Source: Marsupella aquatica (taxonomy: Eukaryota; Plantae; Marchantiophyta). From it: a stretch of 64,000 bases of DNA. The notes under the pieces were generated by a model that saw nothing but the letters and a program-made list of their open reading frames with translations, ran no database searches and was not told where the DNA came from. The DNA lies in assembly GCA_973895155.1 (NCBI GenBank), contig OZ316891.1:11406771-11470770 (forward strand), written 5' to 3'. Shown here piece by piece: positions 26,370-39,061 of the stretch (its first letter is position 1; every line of letters starts with the position of its first letter). The position numbers and the translations under genes are program-made.

Positions 26370-27180
26370 AGCCTAACATTGTCAGATTTGTAAAGTATTG
26401 AACTAAGTTGGAGCTCACAAATCTCCAATTTCTTTTAATCTTTCCTTGATAGGAGGGATTTGCTTGGTGGGACCCCAAATGAAAATGTTTTACTTGATAG
26501 GACCCCTGAGTGATCCAGGCCGTTGATTTACCTTGAATAGACGGACCCAAACTTTCAAGGGTCCTGTCAAGTAAAACATTTCCATTTGGGGTCCCACCAA
26601 GCAAATCTCTCCCTTGATAGTCTAGCTATGTTGTCAACAAAAAACCAAATATGAATTTCTTATTCATCTCTCAATAATGCTATGAGTTCTTAAAAAGCTT
26701 TTTGAAACAGCTTTTTGACTACCCTAGCATTGCTAGATTTCATCAAGTATTCTAACCAGGAACTTATTTAAATTGTTTTGTTCACCTCTCAATGAAACGG
26801 TTTTTACTTAAACACTTAGAATCCTAAGTGAGCCTAACATTAGCAGATTTTGTCAAGTACTGGATAGATCATGAGATTTTGAAGTTCTAGCTTTACAACA
26901 AACCTAACATTGGCTTGACAGATTTTGTCAAGAACTACAAAGATCATGAGTTTCTAAACTTCTCTAACTTTCCAATGAGTCTGGCTTTTACAATTTCTGT
27001 CAAGTACTATGTAGATAGTGCATTTCTGAATCTCTTTAGCTTTCCAAGGAGTTCAGATGTCATTGACAGATTTTGTCAAATACTAGAGAAATTACCATGA
27101 GTTTTTGATTTTCTCTAACTCTCCATTGAGCTTCACAGTGATAGATTTTGTGAAGTACTAAAAACATCAAGAATTATGAA
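26370..27180 (-). repeat. Reverse-orientation copies of the 17240-17760 repeat family
   Basis: Units GAGCCTAACATT...AGATTTTGTCAAGTACT...TCATGAGTTT...CTTTCCAATGAG are reverse complements of the 17.2-17.7 kb units. One further unit lies near 28150-28210. Confidence 0.7.
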
Positions 27181-30100
27181 GTTCTTTACGGACCCCATGA
27201 CAAGACAGTCTCCCGGGACACTCTTGCAAAATTCCTAATCTAGGATTGCGTCACATCAGTGGTTTCTGCCACAAACCTGAACAACAATGTTTGCGGCAAC
27301 AAACAAAGATGATGCTTCAGGTTTGTCGCAACATCAACAAAAATGGCTAGACCTGACAATGATAAAACCTACTAATTAAAATAAATAAATTAGCATGCAA
27401 AATAACAAAGAGTGGGGGAAAAATAACCTCTTGTAATTGTTTTCGTTACTTTCTACATTATAATAAATAATATATTTATATTTAACTTGTTTACTTTTAA
27501 CAAACAATAACGATTAACTATAGCCATTCAGTTTCAAGGTTAGGGTGGGTGCGAGGGTGAAAGAAATTTGGGGTTGCAAGTTGTTGTACGAATACACATC
27601 CATACACAACACACATTGTTCCAGACAATGCAGAACATAAAGCACGACTCATAATCTGGCTCATAATTAATACACACATAATGCTATGTACACAATATTA
27701 CACAACATTTAACTTGTGTACATTAGCATTATATAAAGTGTATTTAATAAACTCAACCATTAAGACCAGTTCAACATGAAAATGCAATCAACATCATTAT
27801 TTTTAAACCCTCAGGTTTAGACCAAGCCTCTTGCCTGTCAAGCCAATTCATGAACTTGACTGTGAGCTCATCTTACTAATTAATTATTGTTAAAAATGTT
27901 TGGCTTGATGTGCCACCAAATGACATCGAGGCATATGTAATAAGGTACGAAGAAGGTCTGCTTGGTTTACATCCCTGAGTGGTGAGACAAGGGTAGTGCT
28001 TGACTCAGGTGTGGAAAATGAGCTCCAACAAGCTTTGTGGGAGAACATAAATTAGTTTCCTCACAAGCACTAAAGTAAGGGTCCACAAACTAATTAACTC
28101 TCCAATGAGTGAGACATTGCCCTATTTTTCCGAGTTTAAGGAGATCAAGATTTTCTTGAGATAGCTTGCTAGTAAGCCTAACATTGACACATTTTGGGCA
28201 AGTACAAAGGGTAGCTTTACAAGAACTTGGGGGCAACAGTTCCTTTTTTTTCCCTGTATGTGAGATGCACTCCTAGCCATTCATATATGAGAACAGGCCA
28301 CAATTCACTTTACATGAACTTTGGGGCACAATCAAGCAAAACAATTCCAGAACCCCCTACTGAAGTCCCGACTGAAGTCACCTAGTCACTGTTAGTAGGT
28401 CCCTTTGTTTTTCGCTATGTGTGCATGCTTTTGTCAAAAACGTAGACGAGGTCTAAAACACTGGAGCAGGGGGTTGTGCCATATCCCCTACTGTCTCCAC
28501 CATATAATCTCACACCATATAATCTCAGTAATCTGGTAGTAATATTGCACATTACACTACCCTTGGGTACAGATTTTAGTTTTGCCATCAAATCACTTCA
28601 TTACAACTACGTAACTACACTACTCACTGCCATTAGTCTTATGTCACAATAGTCTTTCACTCAATTAGTGTTAACTGTAAGTCTAAATCAAGTGAACTAA
28701 GAGGTGTTTTGACAAGAAAATTAATAAGAGTAATTGTGGATCATTTGTAACCTTAAATAGTATTTGTGGTTCAAAGAATTATGAGTTTGTTTGGTCCATT
28801 AAAGGATAGTGGTGTATTGATTTGCTCTGTTCATTTGTTTGATGAACAGAAATATTGATTGACTTGTCCAATTCTGCAATGGGGATTCACAATATTTTGC
28901 TTTCCTATAACCCTAAGATTTAATTTCTTATCACAAATGATGCTTTGCAGACACAGTGAATTGTATTATCTAAACACTTTAATTACTAGTAGCCACATTC
29001 TATTTAATACGCATGTAAATAGTGTCACTCCAAAATTAACATTGGGAAGCCTACATCTAGAGAGATCCAAAAATGTCAATCAGTCACCCAAATAGAATTA
29101 GTAAGATTAATCACGGTGAAGAGTGTAGTTCTCCCTCTCTCCCTGCCGCCACCCCCTTCCCCAATGAACCCCCACAACCATATGTGTTCACCATAATACA
29201 TCTAATTTAACTACACACAACCTCCCATTGGGTTGCATTGAGTTTAGCCGACGTTGCACCCTTGGCTTGTTGGATTTTGGTCTTTTGGGGGGACGCCCCC
29301 ACCCCCCTCCCGCCCCCTGATTGGGCTGCTTTGTCATTGGGATTGTGTCTCCCTCCCGGTTGGGCATTTTTGCCCTTTTGCAATGTGATATATATTCCCA
29401 TCCTCTACAACCTCGGCTCAGGTGTCGTCAAGCTATGGTTCATCAATGAACATTACAAACTGCCTCCTTCCGACCCAGTCATTTTTTGGGGGTGACTATA
29501 CACCAAGCTGAAAAGGAGCTGGCAAAAGGATGTCCAGCCAAAATTTGAAAAATTCCTGCCATTTGTCAGTATCGGTGAGGGAGGGTTTGCCAGAAAGTGC
29601 GAGAATGCTGTACAAAATAAATTGAGTATCCATACTGCATAAGAACGCTAAATGCCTTGCTCTACGCTGGAGTTATAGTCCCTTTTTCTAGAGTTAATCA
29701 CCACCTTCGCTAACTTTTAAAAACTTAAAAAAGTGGCCGGTCCCACCTTTAGTGGTGCTAGCTGCCCTGCTAGAGGCCAGTGCAAGTAATCGAGATGCAA
29801 CATACAGGCTCACTACCAAAGTCAGAGCTAAACCAGACACATGACCAAAGTCAGAGCAAAGGGCTTTGGTTCTAATAAGACTGATTCCTCCGTCCTTGCC
29901 ACTTTCCTTCACCATCCCTTCCAGATGTTGTATGTTGTAGTGTCCACACGCCAACCTTTTCCCATAAATGCCAAAGTCTGCCCCTATAGTTGTCAATGAC
30001 CATACCCAAAAATACACACTTACTCTTACTCGTGTTCTATGTTCTAGTGTCCCCACGTGATCCAATCATCCAACCTTTTCCATGTCTGCCCCTATAGTTG

Positions 30101-32193
30101 TCAATGACCTACCCAAAATTACAGACTACCTCGGGTTCTATGTTGTGTTCTCCCCTCTCTAAGTCTTACCCAATATTGTAGACATACCCCAAAATAAGCA
30201 CTTCCTCTTGTTGTGTGTTGTAGTGTCCCATACTCCAACGTTTTCCCATGCATTCCCAAATCTGCCATTTGCCGGCTCCCAGTGCCACGACTTCACATAG
30301 TGCAAGCAATTATAATTGTAGATTAACAGTGTTTAGGAAATACGGTTGTCATCCGAAATTAGCACGTGGCAAATTATTGTTGGCTTATGAACATGAAAAA
30401 CCACCTCGAACCTTTAACGGTACTGCTTGCTAGCTGCCACCCCGTAAAGGTAGTCTAGCTCATATTCTAGCTAGAATGGAGGTCTTTTCTATAAAGTAAA
30501 ATTTCCAGAAAAGTGGAGCTTTTGAGTAGCTATTATTACCCATCATACTCTGGTAACTCTTTCCAGAATTCTTGGCCCCACAGGAACACACATCCCCACA
30601 TTATGTGAAAAACATAAACAATGATGTTTTAAACAAGAAAAAACAAAGTAGCATGATGTTTGTGTTTGATGCAAGGCGAGGAAAACAATTAGACCGTAAC
30701 TGTGCAAATTGAAGATATACTTAAAATAACAAACAGCATGATAGAACAAAATAACCAATAGGATGTCTTGTAAGTGAACATTATATCAATGCTTTACATC
30801 AAAAGGCTCTTAGTAAAATACATTTCAAGTTTATGAAGAAGCCAATGTAAGAAATGTAAACAGTGAGAACCCTTTGGGCTCCATAATTATTAAAAACAAA
30901 ACAACCAATCCATGGACTCCACATTGTAAAGCAAAATAACTAATCTTGAGACGGACCTCTTAACGTTTCTTTCTTTAAGGGGAAACCTATGAATCCCCAC
31001 CAAAAGGAAATCACAGTCACAACAGTTGAACCCAAGACCTACAACCCAAGACCTACAAGTCTCCACTGACGTGAGCCACCACACAGTCATGAACCCAAGA
31101 CCTATCAGTTTCCCTCAAGTGAGTTATCACACAGCCATGCCTCTATGGGCATCTCCTAAGCACCTTAATCTTCATGATCTCCTTTCACATGAAGGTGGGG
31201 GCAGTTAAGGACCCCTCCATATCAAGCAAAGCTGATGGCCACTTCCTTATACAAAAGTTAAATTTGTGTGAGCCAAAATGCTTCATGTCTAGAAATAATA
31301 AATGCAATTCCCTCAAAAGATCTGGCCCCTTGGTCATTGGTCTGGCTAAAAAAGTTGGGGGGACGGGGGGAGGGGGAGTTTGAATTATGGTGATTTTGGG
31401 GCAGGGCTTTTCTCTGTGGCAAAACATAGCCAAATTGTATTGTATCAGCAACTAATGTTTTTACCTAAATTGGCCACATCTTTTGGGTCTAATTACCACC
31501 TCGACCAAGCCACAGGGTCCACTAGACACAATCTGACGGTTCTCTTAAATCTTGGGAGACTCAAGGGTAAAGAAAAACCTTACAAAATCTAATATTCTTA
31601 GCACTCGTTAGAAAATTAACCGGCTTAAAAATTCCTTAAAAATTACCCTAGTGTTGGGGCAATGTCAGCAAACTTATTTCCACCAAGATCCAAGGGTCAG
31701 GAATAGATCTGGAACCTCTATAACAAGGAATCTTCTCAGCATCTCCTTCGTCCCACTAGGCGGCGGTCAAGAATCCGGTGACTTTTGGGCTTGGGCGGCT
31801 GATAAGTGAAACATTGTGCATTAAAGTACGGCGATTTATGTGATGCGTCGTATTAGTGTTCTGGCCGGAGGGAGCGGACCGGATTTGATCCTGCATGCCA
31901 TCTGGTACGATCTTTGCGGTGGTGGTGGCTTCCTGGCCCCTTGTTTACTGACCTCGGATTGACGGATCAGGTTCATGAGTGAAGTTTCGATTTGGAGGCA
32001 AAGGAGTCCACTAGGGTCTAGTCCAGAGGCCAGAATGCGGCCATTGACGGGGTGTCCCGACTCCTCCGAGGGCCTCTACGTCCGAGGGAATGGAGCTCTG
32101 CATGGGTCCTGGTTGCCGCGTCCCATCTCCTCCAACCTCAATTTGAACCGAGACTGCGGAGGGATTTCGACTCATTGTTGCTGCGAGCCTTTC

Positions 32194-32645
32194 GTAGTTT
32201 TCCTCATCAAATTCAACCCTGTCTCGAGGTTGCTGCGAAGCTCTAGTAGTTTTCTCATCAAATTCCAACCCTGTCTCGAGGTTGTTGCGAAGCTTTAGTA
32301 GTTTTTCTCATCGAATCCTACTGTCGTGAGGTCGTTTGTGAGCTCCGAAGCTTTTGTAGTTATTTTTTCGATCAATTTCCAAGTGTCTTGAGGTTAATTG
32401 GTTGTGAATAATTGCGCGGCTTTTGTAGTTTTCTCGCCAAATCCAATTCCCGATCCAATTGTCTTGATGTTGGTTGTTAGTTGTGAATCTTAGCTTTCTC
32501 ATCAACTTTAATCGTATCTTGACGTTGGTTGTGAGTTGCGAACCTTGGTTTTCTCATCAAATCCAACACTCCGACAGTCTTGAGGTTGGTTGTAGGTTGC
32601 GAACCTGTTTTCTCATCAGATCTAACAACTGTCTTGAGTTTGGTT
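32194..32645 (+). repeat. ~52-bp-unit tandem array in the nitrate reductase 5' region
   Basis: GTAGTTTT(C/T)CTCATCAAATTC(C)AACCCTGTCTCGAGGTTG(C/T)TGCGAAGCT units at 32194, 32246 and 32298, then progressively degenerate copies to ~32645 (about 8 in total). Confidence 0.85.
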
Positions 32646-32719
32646 GATCATGTCCATCATCGCGCCCTCGCTCAGCACCGTTCTCGATCATCAACAGCGG
32701 TGATCGATGGGGCTTGCTC

Positions 32720-35700
32720 ATGGTAATTCACGGGGAGCTGCTGCATCATAGCACGGATGCTGAGTCAGTGGCTTCTTCCAAAGATTTGGTTTCAATTATG
32801 ACGAATGGCTCAAATGTCGTAGATAGGGAGGAGAAGGGAGGAATCATGAAAGGCCAGCCTAGAAGTATTCTTGTGTCTGCAGCGAGGAGTAGCGATGGCG
32901 GCCGAAATAGCCGTCAGAGCCAGCTGCAGCGAGTGAAATATAACGATGCGAGAGTGAGTCCGGTGTGGACTAATGACCAGTCGAGTGTCGACCTGAGCAT
33001 CGATTCTGATGAGAGTAACGACCTTGACAGCTCAGACAGGAGTTCGGAAGCTGATCTGGGCCTCCAAGTCTACGACGAGGAAGCCGCAGAGAGGAACCGG
33101 ATCGAAGTGAAGGGGAGAATGAACGTCAAATCAGATGCTGTGGAGTACCCTGACGACGAGAGTGATGAAGAGGACGAAGATGAGCGGACAAAATGGGAGT
33201 ATCCGGAAGCCAACCTGCCCGAGGAGGACCTGAATTACGGAGTGGATGCACGGGACGTGGGCACCTCAGACAGCTGGGTGAAGCGGCATCCGGACATGAT
33301 CAGACTGACAGGCCGCCATCCGTTCAACTCAGAAGCACCTCTTACAAAATTGATGGCTCAGGGGTTTCTCACGCCCACGAACTTACATTACGTCAGAAAT
33401 CACGGATACGTGCCCCAAGGAGTTTGGGACGACTGGAGAATTGAGATCACCGGCCACTTGAGAAGGCCTTGCAAGCTGAGCATGAATGACTTGATGACGA
33501 AGTTCCCCCATAGGGAGCTCCCAGTCACCCTTGTCTGCGCTGGAAACCGGAGAATGGAGCAGAACCTTGTCTCAAAGACGATTGGATTCAATTGGGGACC
33601 TGCCGGCTTGAGCACTTCGGTGTGGAAGGGAGTCCGGCTCTGTGACGTACTCCGCTATTGTGGAGTCGCCACGAAAAAGAAGGGAGCTCGATTTGTTTGC
33701 TTCGAGGGGGCCGAGACACTCCCCGCAGCTGGAGGAACGAGGTTCGTACTATTCCGACTCTCTCTGCTCAAAGTTGCTTCAACTCTTTAATGAAAAGTCA
33801 TTCAAGGGTCTCCAACCATGCAAACAACTGCCATCAAATCGCCGAAAAGACTTGAAACTTGAATGTAGTCGGCAAGTCAGACAGCCAGTTGTGATTAATT
33901 CCAGGTGGTGGCCAACTCTTCTCAATTACTAGAGTCGAATATTAATCTTCTGAAACTCGATCCATAAATCATCATAGACTCGTAGTCACTCGGATTGAGT
34001 AAGTTTAAACTGAGAATTTCCGAGGGTCAATTGGAATAGCCTTCTTTCCAGACTTCACTAAGACAGTTGAGCGCGAGTAAGGCAGAAGCTTTGTGTGCCT
34101 TGCATTTCTCTCGTCAACGTGGGACTCACACAAGAGAGAGAGCGAGAATTTTTAGACCACCTGCTTGAGATATTTAAGAGTTTGTTCACAGCGGACCTGA
34201 TCAAGAGCACGGTAAGGGCTCACTTTTCTAGGCGAAGTTCACGCGTAGAATACGGAGATCTCAGGATGCAGCTGCAATAATCTGTCTCAGTTTGGGTCTC
34301 AGTCTCAGTTTTAATTAAATCACCCTACTCATCAATTATCGGTAGACGAACTGTCCTGTGACGCAACGGTTTTGTGCTTCGGGGTGTTGGGGGCGAATCT
34401 CGGTCCCACAGAACATCCCTAGCAGAGAAGCAGCGTCTGTGGAAGAGCAGAATGATGGTCATTCGGGAAGACTGCGATTCACTTGGTCCGAAATTTCGCT
34501 CTGCACGCCAAATTAGCCGCCAAAGGGGGCCCATCTGAAATCCAAGTTCTCGTTGCACTTTTTGATGCTCTTGTCCATACGTCCTACTTTGCTCGGGAAT
34601 TTGGGTCCGGAAAGTCCAGGTTTTGTCTCGGGCCCTAGGAACACCCAGTGAGGTAGTACCTTCCGGACCTCCCGTACTACCTCGATTCATGTACGTCTAG
34701 ATCTTGGCTGTACGATCCGTGGCAAGTGCATACTGCACTTGAGCACCAACGCGATGGTCAGTAGCAAACAAAATGAATACAGAATCTTGATAAAGACGAT
34801 TGGAAAGAAGGTAAAATAAAATCAATACTAAATCTTTCCGTTGTCCGTAGCGGACACTGTGGAGATCGTCATCTCCGTAGTTCACGCAAATTTATCCAGT
34901 AGACTTCTAGAGTGTCGAGAGCGAGAAAAATGCATGCCGGTAGGAAGTTGGAGCATCCTTCGAAGTCCGAACCTCCCTTCGCTAGGTTTCTCATCTGCTA
35001 CAGAAGATTCCAGACGTCACGCTTTCCCGACATTACCCGGTACAGGACTCGTGACCCGAATTAGTTCCCAGATTCCACAGGAGATATTCTCTAGAAATTA
35101 CACTTTCTTCTTACATTTCTATATCAGACTTTAGGCTGATTCGGTGTAAGCTAGAGATTCTCTTACAATAATTTCCAATCACCAGGAATCCTAATGTACT
35201 CCCCTGTTCGTTCTCTCGATTGAACTAGGAGATCTGTCAGTCTGGTGAATTGTTTAAACGAACGAAGATTTTCAATCTAATCAAAGTGATCTTCTTCTTG
35301 TGAGCTCTCGTGATGGAAATCACTCAGATTGATGATTCAATGGTCGCTATTGGATTCAATAGCTTCTTTTTCAAGCTTGCCCGTTCAACCTAACCCAATT
35401 GACATATACGGTAGAAGGACGTAAAAGGTGCTCTTGCTGTAGCTTCAGCTGTCGCCGGTGTCCAGTGATTGAGCACTTGTAGAAGTTTCCAATGTCTATT
35501 CTATGTCTATGATTTCGCGCAGGCAAGCGAAAAAGATTCGCACACGTTTTGTATGTAATTATGGAATAGACAAGCAGGCTGGCAGCCTGCTCTGAAGTGG
35601 ATTGAAAGGGGCTTGAATTCCGTCAAGTCGGTGATTGACTCCCGTGTAGCTCACTGACGATGTTTTGGTGCTTTGAATGGTGAATTGCAGGTATGGCACG

Positions 35701-38472
35701 AGCGTCGCGATTGACGTCGCAATGGACGAAGGGCGTGATGTGCTCATTGCGTTCGAACAGAACGGGAAACCGCTCGACCCAGATCACGGATTCCCCGTGC
35801 GGATGATACTGCCGGGCTTCATTGGCGGGCGGATGGTGAAGTGGCTGACGAAGATCGACGTCACACCCGCGGAGTCCTTCAATTACTACCATTTCAACGA
35901 TAACCGCGTGCTTCCGTCCCATGTCAATGCGGAGATCGCCAAAGCTGAAGGTAACATTTCACACTCATGCATCCAGACCCGTTTAGGAGAAGCGTAGGAA
36001 ATTGAACGTTAAGTGGTTCTTATAAACTTTCCATCACTACATTCGGTAAGAGTACTCTATTATGGGAAGCGTTCGTTTTATTGCTACATCTTCCACTGAC
36101 TCAGCTGACGAAGTAACCCTACTTAAGTTGTAGAGTTGCCCCGATCTTTGTTGTAATATCCAAGCTGGCTAAGATCTCAACTTTTGCTGCATTTGGATTG
36201 CTATCAGGATGGTGGTACAAACCAGACTACATTATCAACGAGCTGAACATCAATTCTGTCATTACTACACCAGCCCACGATGAAGTGCTCCCATTTGGAT
36301 CTGCACACAAGCGGTATACAGTAAAGGGATACGCCTATACCGGTATGTGGCTCCCCAGTTAGATATTCTTCACATGTCTACACAGAATCCAGACGTTCAA
36401 CGCTTTAGAAGCAAGACTTTTGAAGATAGGATTTCGTCTCCAATTTTGATATTCAGAAGTGTGAATCAGGGTTTAGGGTTTAGTAATCCATTCCTACTCT
36501 TCACTCATTGATATGAAAATCAAAACTTTCAAATCTCTAGGAACAGCTTGTCAACTTCGAGTTTGGGATCTTGTGGACTGATACTCAAAACTCTGTTTTA
36601 GAGGTCGACATTGTGTGCAATCATTCAGCTGGCTTCGGCATAGGTCTATGTGACAATCACCATTTCTAAACTCTTGTCCTTCATCAGCTCATTTGGTCCC
36701 TGTGTGTTATTTCATTTGAACAGGAGGGGGCCGAAAGATAATTAGAGTGGAGGTGTCCTTCGATGCCGGAACTACCTGGCGTTTATGTGATGTGAGATAC
36801 GACGAGAAGCCAACTAGGCATGGGAAATACTGGTGCTGGGTTTTATGGCAGCTTGACGTTGATCTCACGGATTTTTTGCAATCGAAAGAGCTCGTTGTCC
36901 GTGCCTGGGATGCTGCGATGAACGCTCAACCTGAGCGCCTGACCTGGAATGTCATGGTACGCTTTTCAACTCACCTCAGCTGATAATTGAATCTAAGTTC
37001 TGAAGTGGATGTTGAGGAAGGATTATTTTTAATATGTTTTCTTATTTTTTCTGCACAGTTTTTTACTCAAGAAATTGAATGAGGAGAATAAGGTCTGATA
37101 TGCTGTGAATTTTGTTGGGATGCAGGGGATGATGAACAATTGCTGGTTCAGAGTGAAGGTGGCTGTCTGCACGACAGAGTCAGGAGCCATCGGTCTCAAT
37201 TTCCAACATCCAACGCAACCTGGGAAAAAGCCAGCGGGCTGGATGTACAAAGACAAGGCACCCGAGTCGGAGAAAACCCAATCTATGGTAAAAAGCGTTT
37301 CCAGCCCCAGTTTGAAGGTCCAAGCTCACAAAAAAATTTCCATGTCCGAAGTCCGATGCCACACTGATTCCCAATCAGCTTGGATTGTGGTCCATGGCCT
37401 GGTATACGACTGCACCCCCTTTCTCAAAGAACATCCAGGAGGTGCAGACAGTATCCTTCTCAGTGCTGGAACGGATTGCACTGAGGAATTTGATGCGATT
37501 CACTCTGAGAAGGCGAAGGCCATGCTGGAGAAGTACTTAGTCGGAGAACTGGCAATTGAGACCGAAGAGCCTGGGAGCTTAGGAGACAGTACACTCCCCA
37601 CTCCAGAGAGCTCCCTCCGTGGGGGCAGCAATTTCTCTAGCTCCGGTGCGATCCCGGAAGAGAAACCTGAATTATCAGCTGGAGCCCATCAAGTTGCCCT
37701 CAATCCAAGGGAGAGGAAGAATTTCCCTCTCATCGAGAAGGAAACGCTCAGTGCAGATGTTCGATTGCTGAGGTTCGCTCTTCCAAGCAAGAACCACAAT
37801 TTAGGCCTTCCGGTGGGGCAGCATGTCCTCGTTGCTGGTAAGGTTGGTGAAAAGCTTGTCATGAGGGCATACACGCCCACCAGCTCAGACAAGGACGCCG
37901 GCTATTTTGACCTTCTTGTCAAGGTCTACGGCAAGAGCGAGAAGTACCCAATGGGTGGTCTCTTGTCTCAGCATCTAGACTCCCTCCAGATTGGCGACAC
38001 GGTTGGTGTCAAGGGGCCCATTGGCCATATTCATTACGAGGGGAGGGGAAAGATGACCATTGACAAGGCTCCAAAGTTTGTTAAGCGGTTTGCTATGATT
38101 GCTGGAGGGACAGGGATCACCCCCATGTACCAAGTCATCCGTGCCATAGTCGAGGATCCAGAGGACACAACCGAAATCTCACTCATCTACTGCAATCGAA
38201 CAGAGGCTGATGTAATGCTGAAGGGGCAGCTGGATGACTGGCAAGAAAAGCATTCGAATTTCAAGGTTTGGTATACACTCAGCAGTAAGCCGAGAGACGG
38301 ATGGGCCTACAGCACTGGTCGAATATCCGAGCAGATGATGAGGAAACATTTGCCTGAAAGAGGATCTACGGACACTTTTGCATGTCTGTGTGGACCGCCT
38401 GCCATGGAGGCCATCTGCTATGAAATCCTGGAAAAAATGAGATATCACAAACAAAACTGTTTCTCGTTTTGA
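32720..38472 (+). CDS. NIA: Assimilatory nitrate reductase (Moco-dimer-cytochrome b5-FAD/NAD(P)H); exons approx. 32720-33741, 35691-35950, 36208-36342, 36724-36956, 37126-38472
   Basis: [27 protein letters not shown] (Moco Cys), [27 protein letters not shown], b5 HPGG and FDAIHS, RAYTP, GGTGITP, CGPP. GT-AG introns in consistent phase. The start could be a downstream ATG such as 32798. Confidence 0.97.
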
Positions 38473-38758
38473 TGAATTCATCGTTTCGAGTTTACCCCAA
38501 TTTTGTGTGAAGTGTATAGATAATTCGCCCTCTCAACGAGCGACACCAAATCGAGTGCCTTGAATTTAGATTCTGTGAAGGAGTGGGTCACATATTCTTG
38601 GTCAGAAAGCTGCCTATGCGTTCGGAGCTCAACATGAGAACTTTCATTGGACGTCCTTTCACCAAGGAACGTCAAATTATTTCAATGTGTACCCGAAATT
38701 TCGCAGAGCCTAGTTTGTGGGCAATTTTGTACGAGCTCTTCGAAAAATAGCCTGTAAA

Positions 38759-39061
38759 AACCAACTGGCTGTGGTCAGTTGGCCAGGGGATGAGCGGTCC
38801 CAGGTTCAATCCCCCTCCACATGCAAGGGTTGTGGAGGGTGAGTGTGGGTGGGGTGTAGTGGTGGGAGTATTGGTTTTTCTTCAGCCCTGGCTGGTCCGC
38901 TTTGGGCTCTGGTCCAACCCTCTCCCTCCTGGTCCTGGGTATGACCCCCCTTCCTGGGTATGACCCCCCTTGTGGGCTACCCTACAGAGGTGCATGCTCT
39001 GGAGTTGATGGTCTATCCTCTGTTGGATTGGTCAGCTTTAGGTTTCAAGGCAAAAAGAAAA
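38759..39061 (+). mobile_element. tRNA-derived SINE with poly(A) tail and target-site duplication
   Basis: Box A-like TGGTCAGTTGG and box B GGTTCAATCCC in the head, and an A-rich tail at ~39052-39066. Flanking direct repeat AAAAAT(A/T)GCCTGTAAA at 38743-38758 and 39062-39077. Confidence 0.82.

Noticed and set aside
26701-26722. Second copy of the MULE left end (TTTGAAACAGCTTTTTGACTAC)
   Set aside because: Similarity is limited to ~20 AT-rich bases and no partner TIR was found.
31690-31700. Nitrate-responsive element upstream of nitrate reductase (TGACCCTT on the minus strand); similar TGACTCTT near 48167
   Set aside because: Only the half-site matches. The AAG expected 10 bp downstream is absent or imperfect, so chance occurrence cannot be excluded.
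38761-38820. tRNA gene
   Set aside because: A and B boxes are present but there is no cloverleaf. The tail and TSD identify it as a SINE.
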